Shown: positions 38,525 to 48,768, counted from the first letter of the stretch. The stretch: 64,000 bases of DNA from Halobacteriovoraceae bacterium (GCA_963719505.1 CAVRCF010000004.1:32001-96000); one strand, 5' to 3'. A program made the numbers and translations. Notes: generated from the letters alone by a model not told the origin.

Positions 38525-39484
38525 ATGAGGCTTTTTCAAATACTATTCCTTATTTTTTCGTTTTCTGTCGCTGCACAAGACACCCAGCTTTTCGATGACT
38601 ATTTAGCTGAAGTTAATGCGGGTAGAGTAACGAACTCTAATTCATTACAATACGTAAAAAGCGCTGAAGTAAAATTGTTTGAAAATATCTCGGTTTTATT
38701 TGATGAGCTTCACGTAAGTATGGATGAGGTTGGGTACATCTCTCCCAAGGATAGAGTTATAGAATTTTCCAGTGGTTGGAAAAAGCACTCTAAGGATCAA
38801 AAATTAGTAAAACTATTAAAGCGCTTAGTTGATGATCCAAAACTTGCCCTAAACGATCCAAGCATCCCCAAAACATTAAAGGATAATAGAAAGTTCTCTC
38901 AAATGCTTAGAGAGAGTTTTTATATTTTTGACCGAGATCATTCAGCTCCGAAAAGTTTGGAAAAAGTCGTTAAACCTTTTGGTAAATTAAATGACGCCAT
39001 CGTCGCAGGGAATCCAAATTTGATAGAGGAGTACTCTAAAAAAGTTCTAAAGGGTTATAATAACCTCGATACAGAATTGATACTCAAGGAATTTGACTTC
39101 ATCAGTAAAAGTGAATTTGATGACTTTTATAAAACGATAAAAAAAGATGTAAAAAGCCTTCTTGCTAAGCCAGCCCACACTGTTCATGATTTTCATACAC
39201 TGAGAAAGCAGCATAAAAAGTTTCTGACCATTTATTTTAATCTTGAAGGAGCTACTCCTCCGGCAAAGCTTAAAGTTTTAAATAATTACATTACTCAGTT
39301 GGGTGATCTAAATGATATCTATGTCGATATGAAAATGAGGCTTGGTGTTGATATTGACTCTCACACGATTGTTATTGATGATTCAATAAAAAGGAATATG
39401 AATAGAACGATGAGCTTTTTAGAAGAGGATATGATTAACGTAAAGCTTGGACCAAGTTGCTATTCCGCTTTTAAAGGCCTATGA
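38525..39484 (+). CDS. Exported protein with CHAD-like helical domain
   Basis: Signal peptide; FGKLND, FHTLRKQHKK, LGDLND resemble CHAD motifs. Confidence 0.55.
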   Translation: MRLFQILFLIFSFSVAAQDTQLFDDYLAEVNAGRVTNSNSLQYVKSAEVKLFENISVLFDELHVSMDEVGYISPKDRVIEFSSGWKKHSKDQKLVKLLKRLVDDPKLALNDPSIPKTLKDNRKFSQMLRESFYIFDRDHSAPKSLEKVVKPFGKLNDAIVAGNPNLIEEYSKKVLKGYNNLDTELILKEFDFISKSEFDDFYKTIKKDVKSLLAKPAHTVHDFHTLRKQHKKFLTIYFNLEGATPPAKLKVLNNYITQLGDLNDIYVDMKMRLGVDIDSHTIVIDDSIKRNMNRTMSFLEEDMINVKLGPSCYSAFKGL

Positions 39485-39506
39485 TTTTCTCTCTATAGGA
39501 GAGAAC

Positions 39507-40076
39507 ATGATTATTTTATTAGCGTTACTATCGCTGCCCACCTTTGCCCACACAATTTCTCATTATCCTAATGCTCCTTTAGAGATTATAAAAATTGGGC
39601 ATCCAACACTCAGATTAACCGCAGAAGCTGTCTCGAACCAAGAGATTGAGTCTGAGCAGTTTCAAAATCTAATTAATGATATGATCACAACAATGAAGGC
39701 TGCTTCTGGTGTCGGTCTTGCTGCTCCACAAATAAATGTGTCTAAGAGACTATTTGTCATGAAACCCAGTATGTTTAAAAAAGCTGAGGCCATAATCAAC
39801 CCCGTTGTTGAATACTTAGCCGACTACGGAACCAAAGAGTCTACAGAGGGATGTCTGTCGATTCCTGGAAAGCAATTTACAGTTGAGAGGTATAAAAAGC
39901 TTCATATTCACTATCAAGATAGAACTGGAGAGGATAAGTTTGAGAAAGCTTCGGGTTTTAGAGCTATCGTTATTCAGCACGAATATGATCATCTCAATGG
40001 GAATCTTATTTCTGATATGTTTATTAAGTCATTGGATTTAAAGGATGACTTCGAATTCGTGATCCCACGAATGTAG
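39507..40076 (+). CDS. def: Peptide deformylase with an N-terminal signal-peptide-like leader
   Basis: GVGLAAPQI, EGCLS, QHEYDHLNG; ATG 39507 with AGGAG RBS. Confidence 0.9.
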   Translation: MIILLALLSLPTFAHTISHYPNAPLEIIKIGHPTLRLTAEAVSNQEIESEQFQNLINDMITTMKAASGVGLAAPQINVSKRLFVMKPSMFKKAEAIINPVVEYLADYGTKESTEGCLSIPGKQFTVERYKKLHIHYQDRTGEDKFEKASGFRAIVIQHEYDHLNGNLISDMFIKSLDLKDDFEFVIPRM

Positions 40077-40149
40077 TAAATCTTTCATTTAATATAGCAA
40101 GGCGTTAATTTTCTGATATACCTCCATGAATTCTACCCCTGGAGCAAAC

Positions 40150-40791
40150 ATGAAAAACCTTTTAGCAGGACTACTCTTAACGACAATCACTACAACAGCA
40201 AGTGCAAACTGTATCTACGCCTTTGAAGAAGCGGCGATTGATAGAGAGACGAGAAATAATATCCTCGTTGTGGCAGGTGTTGCAGCAGCGGCGATTACGA
40301 TTGCGATCCTGACTGAGGATGATGCTCCAGCAAGACCGCAGACAAGACGTGAACAACAAAGACAGATTCATCGCAGAAGATATAATAGAAGAACTTATGG
40401 AGTCGTCTATATTTCAACAACAAGCTCATCTGACGATAGGTGGTTTGGAAGCAATAACTTTGATAAAGTTCTAATTGCCTACAATGATGCAGTGATGGCG
40501 TACTCTCAAGGAGTGGTTAGAACTTATTCCACAGAATTAAATGATCTTAACAAAAAAGTTGCTAAGAAGATCATCCACATGGCCCGAAGACAAGGTGTTT
40601 TGGATAGTGTTCGCGACATCAAATCTGACAAAAACTTAACAAACGACGAAGACCTGAGAATTGTAAGAGATGAACTCATGAATGGAATGGAGCAAACGGC
40701 TTCTATGAACTTCTGTCCGCAAAATGACGCCATCAAAAGAGTCGACGTTATCGAGCTTCTTGCACAAAAAGTGATCGATAGCAGAAATTGA
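40150..40791 (+). CDS. Exported hypothetical protein with internal hydrophobic segment and Arg-rich stretch
   Basis: GGAG RBS, signal peptide. Confidence 0.7.
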   Translation: MKNLLAGLLLTTITTTASANCIYAFEEAAIDRETRNNILVVAGVAAAAITIAILTEDDAPARPQTRREQQRQIHRRRYNRRTYGVVYISTTSSSDDRWFGSNNFDKVLIAYNDAVMAYSQGVVRTYSTELNDLNKKVAKKIIHMARRQGVLDSVRDIKSDKNLTNDEDLRIVRDELMNGMEQTASMNFCPQNDAIKRVDVIELLAQKVIDSRN

Positions 40792-40849
40792 CAGTAAATT
40801 TTCTGGGTGACACCATTTAGTGAGTTAAAATACTAAATGGAGTTTACCC

Positions 40850-41719
40850 CTGAGACTAATTCTCTTGCTATTTTTTATAGCGCTCAATTCAAAAGCCTAC
40901 TATGTCGAACTTCCAGTCATAGGAAAAATAAAAAAAAGCTATGATCTAAGTGCTATCAGCTGTATCGATCTTAATCGTTGTCTTATTGCCTCAGATGAAG
41001 CCACCTTTGTTCAAAGGGCCAAGATCGTTGCAGGCTCTCTTGTCGTCTCTGGAGAGAAAGTTAGCCTTGGAACCTCTTCAGATGAAAATGATATAGAAGG
41101 ATTGGCAAACGATGGAAAGTCATTCTATGCAGTTGGCTCCCACGCTCTTTCTCGTAAACATGGAAAGTTTCAACCCAGTCGATACCAATTTTTTAAAATT
41201 GATCTCAATAAAAATGGACTCTCAGTTTCCACTTATAGCTTGTCTACGGTTCTACGAGATGAGCCTCAGCTTAAAAAGTTTTACAAAAAACCTTTGGATG
41301 AAAATGGCATTAATATCGAAGGGCTCGCCTATCGAGATGGAAAAGTATTTCTTGGTTTTCGAGGTCCGATCATTGATTCAAAAGCTCAAATCCTCTCTTT
41401 TGACCTTGTGGCGTTTTTATCTACACAACAAATTGATTCCACACTTACCTCAATTGATTTAGGAGATGAAAGAGGGGTGAGGTCTTTAGAGTTTCATGGC
41501 GAGCTTCTCTATATTGTTGCTGGTGGAAATGATAGGTCTTTGAACTCTTTAAGTGAGATTAAAAGCTATAGTTTTAAGAGCAAAAGAATCATGCACTCTT
41601 ATGCGACCCCATTGGCCGAAGAAAAGTTAGAGGGCATAACATTTATAGGAAGTGGAAAAGTGATAACAATTTTTGACTCCCTTTTAAATGGCAACCCCTT
41701 TCAAGTTCACCTCTTTTAA
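40850..41719 (+). CDS. DUF3616 beta-propeller-like exported protein
   Basis: IASDE, DIEGL, VGSH, GINIEGLA, LGFRGP; possible CTG start at 40850. Confidence 0.78.
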   Translation: MRLILLLFFIALNSKAYYVELPVIGKIKKSYDLSAISCIDLNRCLIASDEATFVQRAKIVAGSLVVSGEKVSLGTSSDENDIEGLANDGKSFYAVGSHALSRKHGKFQPSRYQFFKIDLNKNGLSVSTYSLSTVLRDEPQLKKFYKKPLDENGINIEGLAYRDGKVFLGFRGPIIDSKAQILSFDLVAFLSTQQIDSTLTSIDLGDERGVRSLEFHGELLYIVAGGNDRSLNSLSEIKSYSFKSKRIMHSYATPLAEEKLEGITFIGSGKVITIFDSLLNGNPFQVHLF

Positions 41720-42255
41720 AAGACTCGTCCAAGATGAGAGTGAGTACCCACAGACGTATTTGCAATAATATCTTTTTGAAAAGTTTCAAGCTCTTTAAAA
41801 TGGGTTCTGACAAATTCTTTAGAGGAATCGTTGTGAGTGTGATCAAAAATCTTCTTTAGATTAATAGGTTGTTTTGCGATGAGAGACTTTAGGACCTCTA
41901 GGGTCTCTGATTCAATTGTGTTAATAATATAGATTCCCATTTGGGTCGGAGTGAGAACAAAGAAGTCGCTGTCTTTTCTTTTTTCATGTTTGATAAAATC
42001 TCCAATGAAGGCCCCTAGAATATTTTGCTTTGGAAAGATAAACTCAGCATCGTGAGATTCACTTGAGAGAACTCTTCCCGTTTTGTGAGAGAAGCCCAAG
42101 TCGGACAGCTTGTCTAAGAGATATTTTCTTTGGTCTTTAGATAAAAGATCTGCATCTGATCGATCATAATGAATATGCTCGAAAACACATACCAGGTTGT
42201 GTGGGGACTCTAGAAAGAAAAGATATTTGTCATTTTTTAGTTTTTCTATATTCAT
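41716..42255 (-). CDS. Hypothetical protein
   Basis: 179-aa ORF with a promoter-like upstream region. Confidence 0.65.
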   Translation of the reverse strand: MNIEKLKNDKYLFFLESPHNLVCVFEHIHYDRSDADLLSKDQRKYLLDKLSDLGFSHKTGRVLSSESHDAEFIFPKQNILGAFIGDFIKHEKRKDSDFFVLTPTQMGIYIINTIESETLEVLKSLIAKQPINLKKIFDHTHNDSSKEFVRTHFKELETFQKDIIANTSVGTHSHLGRVF

Positions 42256-42318
42256 GAAATAAATATACCATAAAATTTTGCGCTCATTTTTTTGTCAAAG
42301 TTATGTTAACGTCCAGAA

Positions 42319-43491
42319 ATGCGTGAAATTAGAACAGATATTGCAATTATTGGGGCTGGAGCATCGGGGATGATGGCCACGCACTTTTGTTCTGAGTTTG
42401 GAAAGTCTGTAACGGTTCTCGATCATAATAAGCAAATTGGAAGAAAAATTCTCATCTCAGGTGGAGGTAAGTGTAACTTTACGAATAGGTATGGAGAGTC
42501 AAAAGACTATTACTGTGAAAACTCTCATTTTGTAAAAAGTGCGATGTCTCGTTTTACAGGTTTGGATTTCCTCAAAATGATTGAAGACCATAACGTGGAA
42601 TATGAAGAGAGAAGGTTTGGTCAACTTTTTTGCAAGAAATCAGCTAAAGATATAAATACTATGCTGTTGTCTCAGGTTCAAAAAGATAATGTTGAAATTC
42701 TTCTTCAACAAAAAGATTTAAAAGTTACTCGGCTTGAAGATGAGAACTTCAAAATTGAAAATGATGCTTTAAGAGTTATTGCTAAAAAACTTGTCATTGC
42801 CACTGGTGGTTTGGTATTGCCCTCTATTGGTGCAAGTGATTTTGGTCATCGGCTGGCCAAAGAAATTGGTCATAAAATAATTCCGACCGTTCCAGCTCTC
42901 GTCCCCTTTATTCTTGAGGGATTTCAAAGTCTTGCTGGAAACGCTTTTGAAGCGGGTATTACGGTTAACGGACACTATCATGAAGAGCCAGTTCTTTTTA
43001 CGCATAAGGGACTTTCAGGACCTTGTATTCTAAAGACATCTCTCTTTTGGAATCATAATGATGTTATTACCGTCAACTGGCTTCCAAAAATTACTCTTGA
43101 TGAAATTTTAGAAAAGATGAAAGGGAAGTACCTGGTTATCAAATCCCTCAGACATCATCTTCCCAATAATTTTGTCGACATTCTTTTTGACAGGATTGGA
43201 CTCGATAAAAAAGTAACACTTGGAGGGCTGACAAAAGTTGATAGGGTCAAGCTTGAGCTCGAGCTCCATAAAATGAAACTCACACCCATTGGAACTGAAG
43301 GGTTTAGAAAAGCCGAGACAACGAGAGGTGGAATTGATACTTCAAAGGTGTCATCAAAAAATTTGGAGAGTAAACTCCAACCCGGAATTCACTTTATTGG
43401 AGAAGTTTTGGATGTCGCGGGCCAACTTGGTGGTCACAATTTTCAGTGGGCATGGGCCAGTGCTCATGCAGTAGGGGTATCTCTTCGCTAG
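42319..43491 (+). CDS. HI0933/YhiN-family FAD-dependent oxidoreductase
   Basis: GAGASG, GRKILISGGGKCNFTN, ATGG, LFTHKGLSGP, GGHNFQWAWAS. Confidence 0.93.
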   Translation: MREIRTDIAIIGAGASGMMATHFCSEFGKSVTVLDHNKQIGRKILISGGGKCNFTNRYGESKDYYCENSHFVKSAMSRFTGLDFLKMIEDHNVEYEERRFGQLFCKKSAKDINTMLLSQVQKDNVEILLQQKDLKVTRLEDENFKIENDALRVIAKKLVIATGGLVLPSIGASDFGHRLAKEIGHKIIPTVPALVPFILEGFQSLAGNAFEAGITVNGHYHEEPVLFTHKGLSGPCILKTSLFWNHNDVITVNWLPKITLDEILEKMKGKYLVIKSLRHHLPNNFVDILFDRIGLDKKVTLGGLTKVDRVKLELELHKMKLTPIGTEGFRKAETTRGGIDTSKVSSKNLESKLQPGIHFIGEVLDVAGQLGGHNFQWAWASAHAVGVSLR

Positions 43492-43544
43492 GAGAAACTT
43501 CTGTTACTGGCCTATCTTGGCAAAAGACTTGCAACAATTGATGT

Positions 43545-44471
43545 ATGAAAAAACTTATCTTACCACTCCTTTTAGTATCAACCGTCAGCTTTGGGCAAAG
43601 TAACTATCTTGCGCAACTGACGATTCCCCAGACCTCATCTGATAGCCTTTATGAAGGAGAGCTTTCTAGTTCTGGCATGAGACAAATCAAAGTTTCAAGT
43701 GCTTACTGTGAGATCTTTAAACTAAAAAGAGAAGAAATTCAGATGTATTCTGGAACAGATAGATTTTCCTCAGAATATGAAAAGCTCAGACCTCTAGAAA
43801 ATCTGTGTTACTTACAAATAGCAACGAACGATGATCAAGGTGGTCTTACGGGATTCTCAGTTTCAAGGCAGTTTGAAGGTGGCGGAGAGAGAAGTCTTCG
43901 ATTCGTTTTCGATAAAAGGGCCATGAATGACGCTCACTTAGAGATTACAGATGATTCCCAACTAACGGGAAGAATGTCTCACGACCTATTGGAGACGACT
44001 GTTCAGTTCATTCCGAGGCTTGTTATCCCTTATATTAAGTTAAATCAGGAATCGTTAGAAACGAAACGAGAAGTCGTTCTCTCAACGGGTGAGTCAGTTG
44101 TTATAGACTTTGCAAAAAGTAGCATTGTCGGTGGCGTCTTAGAATCTAGTCCCATTGATTTAGAACTTTCGAGGCATACGAGAAAATTTGTTGGTCTTAA
44201 GTATACAGGTTCTGGAATCATGATCCGGGCGGACAGAAGAGCTGGAACTCCAAGGCATATCTATAGGACTTCCTATAATTCTAATGAAAAGATCTCTAAA
44301 GCCACATTAACCTATCAAGGGGAGACTTGTTATATAGATAAGTCTCTTATATGGGCGAACTCTGATAACGCAAATCTAGGGGCCTATCTGCTCTATGAGA
44401 GTGATAAAGAGCTGATGGATAAAGTGATAACTCCAAAGTGTGGATGGGTGCTGGATACTGAGACTTTTTAG
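43545..44471 (+). CDS. Exported hypothetical protein
   Basis: Signal peptide, 308 aa. Confidence 0.7.
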   Translation: MKKLILPLLLVSTVSFGQSNYLAQLTIPQTSSDSLYEGELSSSGMRQIKVSSAYCEIFKLKREEIQMYSGTDRFSSEYEKLRPLENLCYLQIATNDDQGGLTGFSVSRQFEGGGERSLRFVFDKRAMNDAHLEITDDSQLTGRMSHDLLETTVQFIPRLVIPYIKLNQESLETKREVVLSTGESVVIDFAKSSIVGGVLESSPIDLELSRHTRKFVGLKYTGSGIMIRADRRAGTPRHIYRTSYNSNEKISKATLTYQGETCYIDKSLIWANSDNANLGAYLLYESDKELMDKVITPKCGWVLDTETF

Positions 44472-44614
44472 TCAACTAATTAGACAAGCGTCAAAACTTT
44501 AAACAAGTAAACTTTTATTAAGGCAAAATATTCCAAATTAAGACTTCTTTAGTTAAATCCAATCTCTACGAGTAAAATACTCTTAATAGATTAATTTAAC
44601 AAAAGAGGAATCAA

Positions 44615-45850
44615 TTGAAATCATTGTTGTTTTTGGCCATCATCTTCACAGGTCTAAGCGGTAAAGCTTTTGGGGTAAATCTACAAAAATTTCATTTTTC
44701 AAATTCTCCCATTTTTGCCACTCTAGAAGATGGTCTTTTAAACGATGGTCTCATCACGACTGACTATAAGTACATTGTCGTTTCAAGTTACAATTATGTT
44801 CGCTCTCCTTTTATAGAAGTTGATGGAAATCAAAGAGATAAAACTATTATCGAGTGGATGCATACTCTCAATATTGGCGGCGCCTACCGATTTACAGATT
44901 ACTTTCAGATTGGTCTCAGCACTTTTTTCACTTATGAGGAACTAGAGCCTGCAGATGAGACTGAAAAAGAAAAAGTTTTTACAACAGGTGATACAACAAT
45001 TGATTTTAAATATAAGTTTTATGATAAAAACAGACTCTCACTTGCTTTTACACCAAGGGTTTATCTTCCAACAGGACAAGAAAAATTTTTCACCTCTGAT
45101 AACGGGGTTGGTTACTACCTGGGGTTTGCACTGGATAAGGCTTTTGACTACTTTCAGGTCGCTCTAAACTTTGGCCATAGAGAAAATCCAAATGCTCAAT
45201 ACGATATCGTTGATTACAGACGCCAGTTTCACACGTCGATAGGTGCTATTATCCCACTTCTAGGTCCACTCGATCTCACCGCTGAGTTCTATAGAGATAC
45301 ACCTTATGATGCTGAAAATGAACAGGTACCAAGCGAGGTCAATGTTGGTCTTCGCTATGCTAACGCCAAAGATAGTGCCTTTTTTGCTGGTATGGGAACA
45401 GGGTCTCTTGAAGAAGACAATTCAACAGATGCAAGAGTCTATTTCGGATACAAGTATTTCCCGTCAAAAGACTTAGAGAATAAAATTATTGAAGAAGAAA
45501 AAAAATATGGAATCTTTTATCAAAACCACAATATTCTTTTTCCAACGGGAAAAGCACAAGTTGTTGGGATTAACCAAAACAAATTGAATCTTATGGTTAA
45601 AAATTTAAAAAGTGATCCTTATATATCCAAAATAGTCGTCGAGGGATACGCCTCTCGAATGGGTGAGAAGGAAATGAATCAAGAGCTCTCTAATGAACGA
45701 GCTCAAGTGGTAAAGGACTATATCATTAGTCAGGGAATGCCAAAGAGTATGGTTGAGATCGTCTCATATGGAAACTCAAAGGCAGATAAAAAAATTATTA
45801 ATAAAAAAACAGATAGAAAAGTAGCGTTTCGAATTTATAGAAACAAATAG
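44615..45850 (+). CDS. Outer-membrane beta-barrel with C-terminal OmpA-like domain
   Basis: Signal peptide, aromatic beta strands, VEGYAS..G..NQELSNERA..V..Y, DRKV. Confidence 0.85.
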   Translation: MKSLLFLAIIFTGLSGKAFGVNLQKFHFSNSPIFATLEDGLLNDGLITTDYKYIVVSSYNYVRSPFIEVDGNQRDKTIIEWMHTLNIGGAYRFTDYFQIGLSTFFTYEELEPADETEKEKVFTTGDTTIDFKYKFYDKNRLSLAFTPRVYLPTGQEKFFTSDNGVGYYLGFALDKAFDYFQVALNFGHRENPNAQYDIVDYRRQFHTSIGAIIPLLGPLDLTAEFYRDTPYDAENEQVPSEVNVGLRYANAKDSAFFAGMGTGSLEEDNSTDARVYFGYKYFPSKDLENKIIEEEKKYGIFYQNHNILFPTGKAQVVGINQNKLNLMVKNLKSDPYISKIVVEGYASRMGEKEMNQELSNERAQVVKDYIISQGMPKSMVEIVSYGNSKADKKIINKKTDRKVAFRIYRNK

Positions 45851-45859
45851 AATCAAGGA

Positions 45860-46600
45860 TTGATTATGAAACTAACATTAGGTTTACTCTTATTAAGTTT
45901 GTTAACTTCTTGTGGCAAAAATGCTTTCTTGGAAAGTAAAGATACTGCCGGAAGGATTATTAGCGGTGTTGGTCCTGGAGAAGGTGATGGAGAAAACGAC
46001 GGTGGTGTTCGTGATCCTCAAGGATGTTCGCTCAAAGAAGTCGTCATTGAAGCAAAAAATAGAGATCTTAATAAAGCTGATCACCCTTTTAATTTTTGGC
46101 CCATGAGACAAGCTGAATACAACCGTTATGTTAAAGACGGAAAAAATAAACTTTATATGGTTGATTTTGGAATGATTATCCTAGACTTTAATCTCTCTTC
46201 TTTAAACATTGAAGATAAGAAAGTGAAAAAAGTTTATGTGAGTTTTAACTCTGATCAGTACTTTCAAATTGACGGAAGCTATGAACACGCATCTCAGATT
46301 TGTCATAATCAAAACTATGTTTGTTCCGGTGTTGAGAAGAGTATGGATGGTCACGTCATCAACACGCAGTATACTTGGATTGATGAGGACTTCTCTCACT
46401 ACGTTGATGCTATAGAGACCACGCAGAGATACCGTAAATGGGCTTTGAGAGAAATTCGTGGAGGCTATGATGTCACGAAAATGCTTTTAAACGGGCAGAC
46501 AGAGATCTCAACAAACGAGTTAAAGAGCGACTATAGTATTTTTATTACTGATAATCATAAGGTTACTTCGGCTAAGCTTGCTGTTTCTTATTGCCAGTAA
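45860..46600 (+). CDS. Lipoprotein of unknown function
   Basis: Lipobox LTSC; co-oriented with the OmpA gene. Confidence 0.72.
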   Translation: MIMKLTLGLLLLSLLTSCGKNAFLESKDTAGRIISGVGPGEGDGENDGGVRDPQGCSLKEVVIEAKNRDLNKADHPFNFWPMRQAEYNRYVKDGKNKLYMVDFGMIILDFNLSSLNIEDKKVKKVYVSFNSDQYFQIDGSYEHASQICHNQNYVCSGVEKSMDGHVINTQYTWIDEDFSHYVDAIETTQRYRKWALREIRGGYDVTKMLLNGQTEISTNELKSDYSIFITDNHKVTSAKLAVSYCQ

Positions 46601-47012
46601 CTTTAAAGACCTTCTTTTCGCGTAGGTTTTTTAAAATTTCTAATTGCTCATCTGTCGGAATACATCGGCAGTATGGGCAAGTGATCCAGTCTGGTTCTAA
46701 GTCCTCATTGCACTGAAGACAATTGGGGTCACTGTTATCAACCCACCGATCGTTTTTGTGATAAATAATCTGACCAATAATGACGACTACAGGTATTGTT
46801 GTTGCTATTTGTTTGACTAAAAATATTGTTGAATTCTCAATCCAAGCAGTCAAGGTCAATATCCCAAAGCCCATTGCGAGCATTACATGGTAGATCATTG
46901 AGAGATCTCTTACTTCTTTGTGAATTTGGATCTTGTAGATTTGAAACCAATAGCTCGTAGATAATAACACTACCGCAGCCCAAGAAAGAATCTTTATAAA
47001 CTCTGGTGACAT
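46572..47012 (-). CDS. PQ-loop/SemiSWEET-like 3-TM protein with C-terminal zinc ribbon
   Basis: YWFQIYKI..HKEVRDLS, three TM helices, CLQC...CPYC. Confidence 0.72.
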   Translation of the reverse strand: MSPEFIKILSWAAVVLLSTSYWFQIYKIQIHKEVRDLSMIYHVMLAMGFGILTLTAWIENSTIFLVKQIATTIPVVVIIGQIIYHKNDRWVDNSDPNCLQCNEDLEPDWITCPYCRCIPTDEQLEILKNLREKKVFKVTGNKKQQA

Positions 47013-47227
47013 ATATTTACCCTTTAATTTGTTCGACTCGCTATTTTATCTACTAAGCTTTGTTAATGTCAAATTATGGCAGATCAAATGTATAAGTGAT
47101 ATAGTTAGTGCGAGGGGATTTCTAGCATTTTCTAAGTTTTAACGCCTTGTTGTGTCGCTATTTGGATCCCAAGATCTTCATATCCACAAGATATGATGCA
47201 GTGAATTTTAAAGAGAGATAATGATAA

Positions 47228-48016
47228 ATGAATGATCAAATTCTTAGAGTTTCTATATTCGTTTTGACCTTAGTGAGCTTTACATTGTTAGAGCTCAAAT
47301 TTGAATATAGACCCAGACTTTTAAAAAGAAAGGATCGTTGGGGGGCCAATATTGGAATGGTGATATTTTCATCGGCCTTATTGAGACTAATTGCTCCTTT
47401 GGGTTTATTTTATTTTTGCCACATGGGCCAGGAGAGATCTTTGGGTTTCTTCCATCTGGTTGATATGAATATATTCGTGGAAATTATTATATCTTTAATT
47501 CTTTTGGACTTTCTTATCTACCTGCAACATCGTCTCTTTCATCACTTCGATTTTTTATGGAGATTTCATAGAGTTCATCATGCCGATGTTGATTTGGATG
47601 CTAGCTCAGCGCTGCGTTTTCACCCTCTAGAAATACTTTTTTCATTTCTCTACAAAGCTGTCTTTATTTTATTATTTGGATTTAGTTTCGAGTCAGTTTT
47701 CTTCTTTGAAATTATTCTCAGCAGCATGGCCATTTTCAATCATTCTAATCTCTATATTCCTCACAAAATTGAGAGACTTCTTAGACTCATTTTTGTCACT
47801 CCTCAAATGCATATTATTCATCACAGTGTGAAGCAGATCCAAAGTGATTCAAATTTTGGATTTAATCTTTCTTGTTGGGATAGAATATTGAAAAGCTATA
47901 CTGATAAATTTGATCAGAATTCTAAAATTGGACAAAACTATTATCGCGATAGACAATCACATAGACTTTTAAAACTAATAGGACTGCCTTTTAAAAATGA
48001 AAATAATCTCAAGTAA
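47228..48016 (+). CDS. Sterol desaturase/fatty-acid hydroxylase family protein
   Basis: HRLFH, HRVHH, RFHPLE, NHSN, HIIHH, SNFG. Confidence 0.92.
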   Translation: MNDQILRVSIFVLTLVSFTLLELKFEYRPRLLKRKDRWGANIGMVIFSSALLRLIAPLGLFYFCHMGQERSLGFFHLVDMNIFVEIIISLILLDFLIYLQHRLFHHFDFLWRFHRVHHADVDLDASSALRFHPLEILFSFLYKAVFILLFGFSFESVFFFEIILSSMAIFNHSNLYIPHKIERLLRLIFVTPQMHIIHHSVKQIQSDSNFGFNLSCWDRILKSYTDKFDQNSKIGQNYYRDRQSHRLLKLIGLPFKNENNLK

Positions 48017-48758
48017 TATCAGATTTAATAACCCCGCTGACAAAGAAAATGCGTGGCCTCATAGAAAGTCTTTTCTTACAAATCTTCTTCTGTCTTATCA
48101 TCCGGATATTATCGGTACACAGGAGGGAAGAGAGCCACAAATACGAGAACTATTGTCCTTGTTGCCAGGAAGATTATTGGTCGATGGTCACCGTAAATGG
48201 ATCGAGCAAAGAATGTACCCCTGCCTTTTTGTGAGTCATAATATTCTAGTAGAGAAGTCCGCTGACATTTGGTTTTCAAAGACTCCCCATGTTCCTGGAA
48301 CTAAGCTCGAAGATTCTGCTTTTCCTAGAATGGCGACGTTTGCTATAATCAGTATAGACAAGAAACAAATTCTCGTGGCAAATATGCACTTAGATCACAC
48401 AGCTGATCCCGTTAGAGAAGATCAGATTGATATCTTCATAAAAGAAATAAAAAATATTGAGTTTGATGGGCCTTTGATAATTTGTGGTGATTTTAATTCT
48501 AAAGTTGATGGTGCCGTTTATAAGAAACTCATCGACGAACTCAGCCTAGTCGACCCATGGAAAACTCTGTCGTTAAAGGAAGAGACGAGCTTTCACCAAT
48601 TTATGGGAACGTTGGATACGGGGCATAGAATCGACTGGATATTGCATTCTGAGCATTTTATGTGCAAAGAAATTAAACTCTTAAAAGACACTGAGAATGG
48701 GCTTTATCCATCAGACCATTTTCCAGTTTTTTGTGATATAGTATTAAAAAAAGAGTAA
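47997..48758 (+). CDS. Endonuclease/exonuclease/phosphatase-family protein
   Basis: SSNIR, GTQE, NMHLD, GDFN, RIDWI, PSDH. Confidence 0.92.
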   Translation: MKIISSNIRFNNPADKENAWPHRKSFLTNLLLSYHPDIIGTQEGREPQIRELLSLLPGRLLVDGHRKWIEQRMYPCLFVSHNILVEKSADIWFSKTPHVPGTKLEDSAFPRMATFAIISIDKKQILVANMHLDHTADPVREDQIDIFIKEIKNIEFDGPLIICGDFNSKVDGAVYKKLIDELSLVDPWKTLSLKEETSFHQFMGTLDTGHRIDWILHSEHFMCKEIKLLKDTENGLYPSDHFPVFCDIVLKKE

Positions 48759-48768
48759 AGGAATATAT

